Part shown: piece after piece, positions 63,335-64,000 of the stretch
Layout of the letters: every line of letters starts with the position of its first letter
How positions within the stretch are numbered: position 1 is the stretch's first letter
From: Podarcis melisellensis
Taxonomy: Eukaryota
Length of the DNA: 64,000 nt
Strand: one strand, 5' to 3'
Assembly: GCA_964234715.1 (NCBI GenBank)
Contig: OZ174282.1
Position numbers and translations under genes: made by a program
Notes under the pieces: model-generated
What the model saw: the letters and a program-made list of their open reading frames with translations, nothing else
Databases searched by the model: none
What the model was told of the DNA's origin: nothing

Positions 63335-63690
63335 TTGTTTATTGCAACTTATATCCAGCCCTTCATCTGGTATAGGAGCAGAGCGTGACTTACAAAAAGC
63401 ACTAAAATATATAAAAACACAATCAGAACTGTTAAAATATAACAAAACACACAATTCACAGGTAATCTATAACTTGACATGAAGTGAACCCCCAACAGAA
63501 GTCACATCAGACAATCAACTAGCTCAGTGTCAGGTCAATTCTCCCCCCAAAAGCCCTGGGGGAATAAACATATTTTTAACTGATGTCAAAAGCTAGCCAA
63601 AGATGGCAGCAATCACTTCTCAGCAGGAAGGGAATTCCAGAGCCAAGGCACCACCACAGAAAAGGCCCAGTCTCAGATCACTGCCTGGCC
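63335..63690 (-). mobile_element. L2-clade LINE 3' fragment
   Basis: Minus-strand AFSVVVPWLWNSLP motif followed by an L2-type tail. Confidence 0.65.
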
Positions 63691-63817
63691 CTGCAGAGCT
63701 TAATATATCGGCTGGCTGATGAATGAAGAAGCTGCCAAACAAAGGGGAAGATAACACAGCATCTGTCTAAGACTCAAGCCAATCCTGCATTCTTGTTTAT
63801 ATGACAGCTGATGGTCA

Positions 63818-64000
<183 letters not shown>

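Overview
Vertebrate genomic DNA, most likely a lacertid lizard judging by a Sauria SINE and the squamate CR1/L2/MITE/Penelope repeats. The window carries the conserved syntenic block CCDC113(CFAP263)-CSNK2A2-CFAP20-MMP15. (1) CCDC113, minus strand, coding exons 1-5; the gene runs off the left edge. (2) CSNK2A2 (CK2 alpha'), plus strand, complete: 11 coding exons joining to 1053 nt / 350 aa, plus a non-coding terminal exon. (3) CFAP20, plus strand, complete: 6 exons joining to 582 nt / 193 aa. (4) MMP15 (MT2-MMP), minus strand, exon 5 (partial) to exon 10. All exon boundaries were read from GT/AG sites and checked for frame continuity. Most ORFs in the supplied track are spurious (CpG-island, antisense or repeat ORFs). 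Most interesting observations: a Penelope-type minimal hammerhead ribozyme between CSNK2A2 and CFAP20; a stop-free, Kozak-flanked in-frame CUG extension of CK2 alpha' resembling a mitochondrial presequence; RFX X-boxes at both ciliary genes; a CR1 tail that forms the 3' splice-site region of an MMP15 exon; and two candidate alternative 3' ends for CSNK2A2. I found no unambiguous new protein-coding gene. Comparisons with human orthologues are from memory, not from a search.
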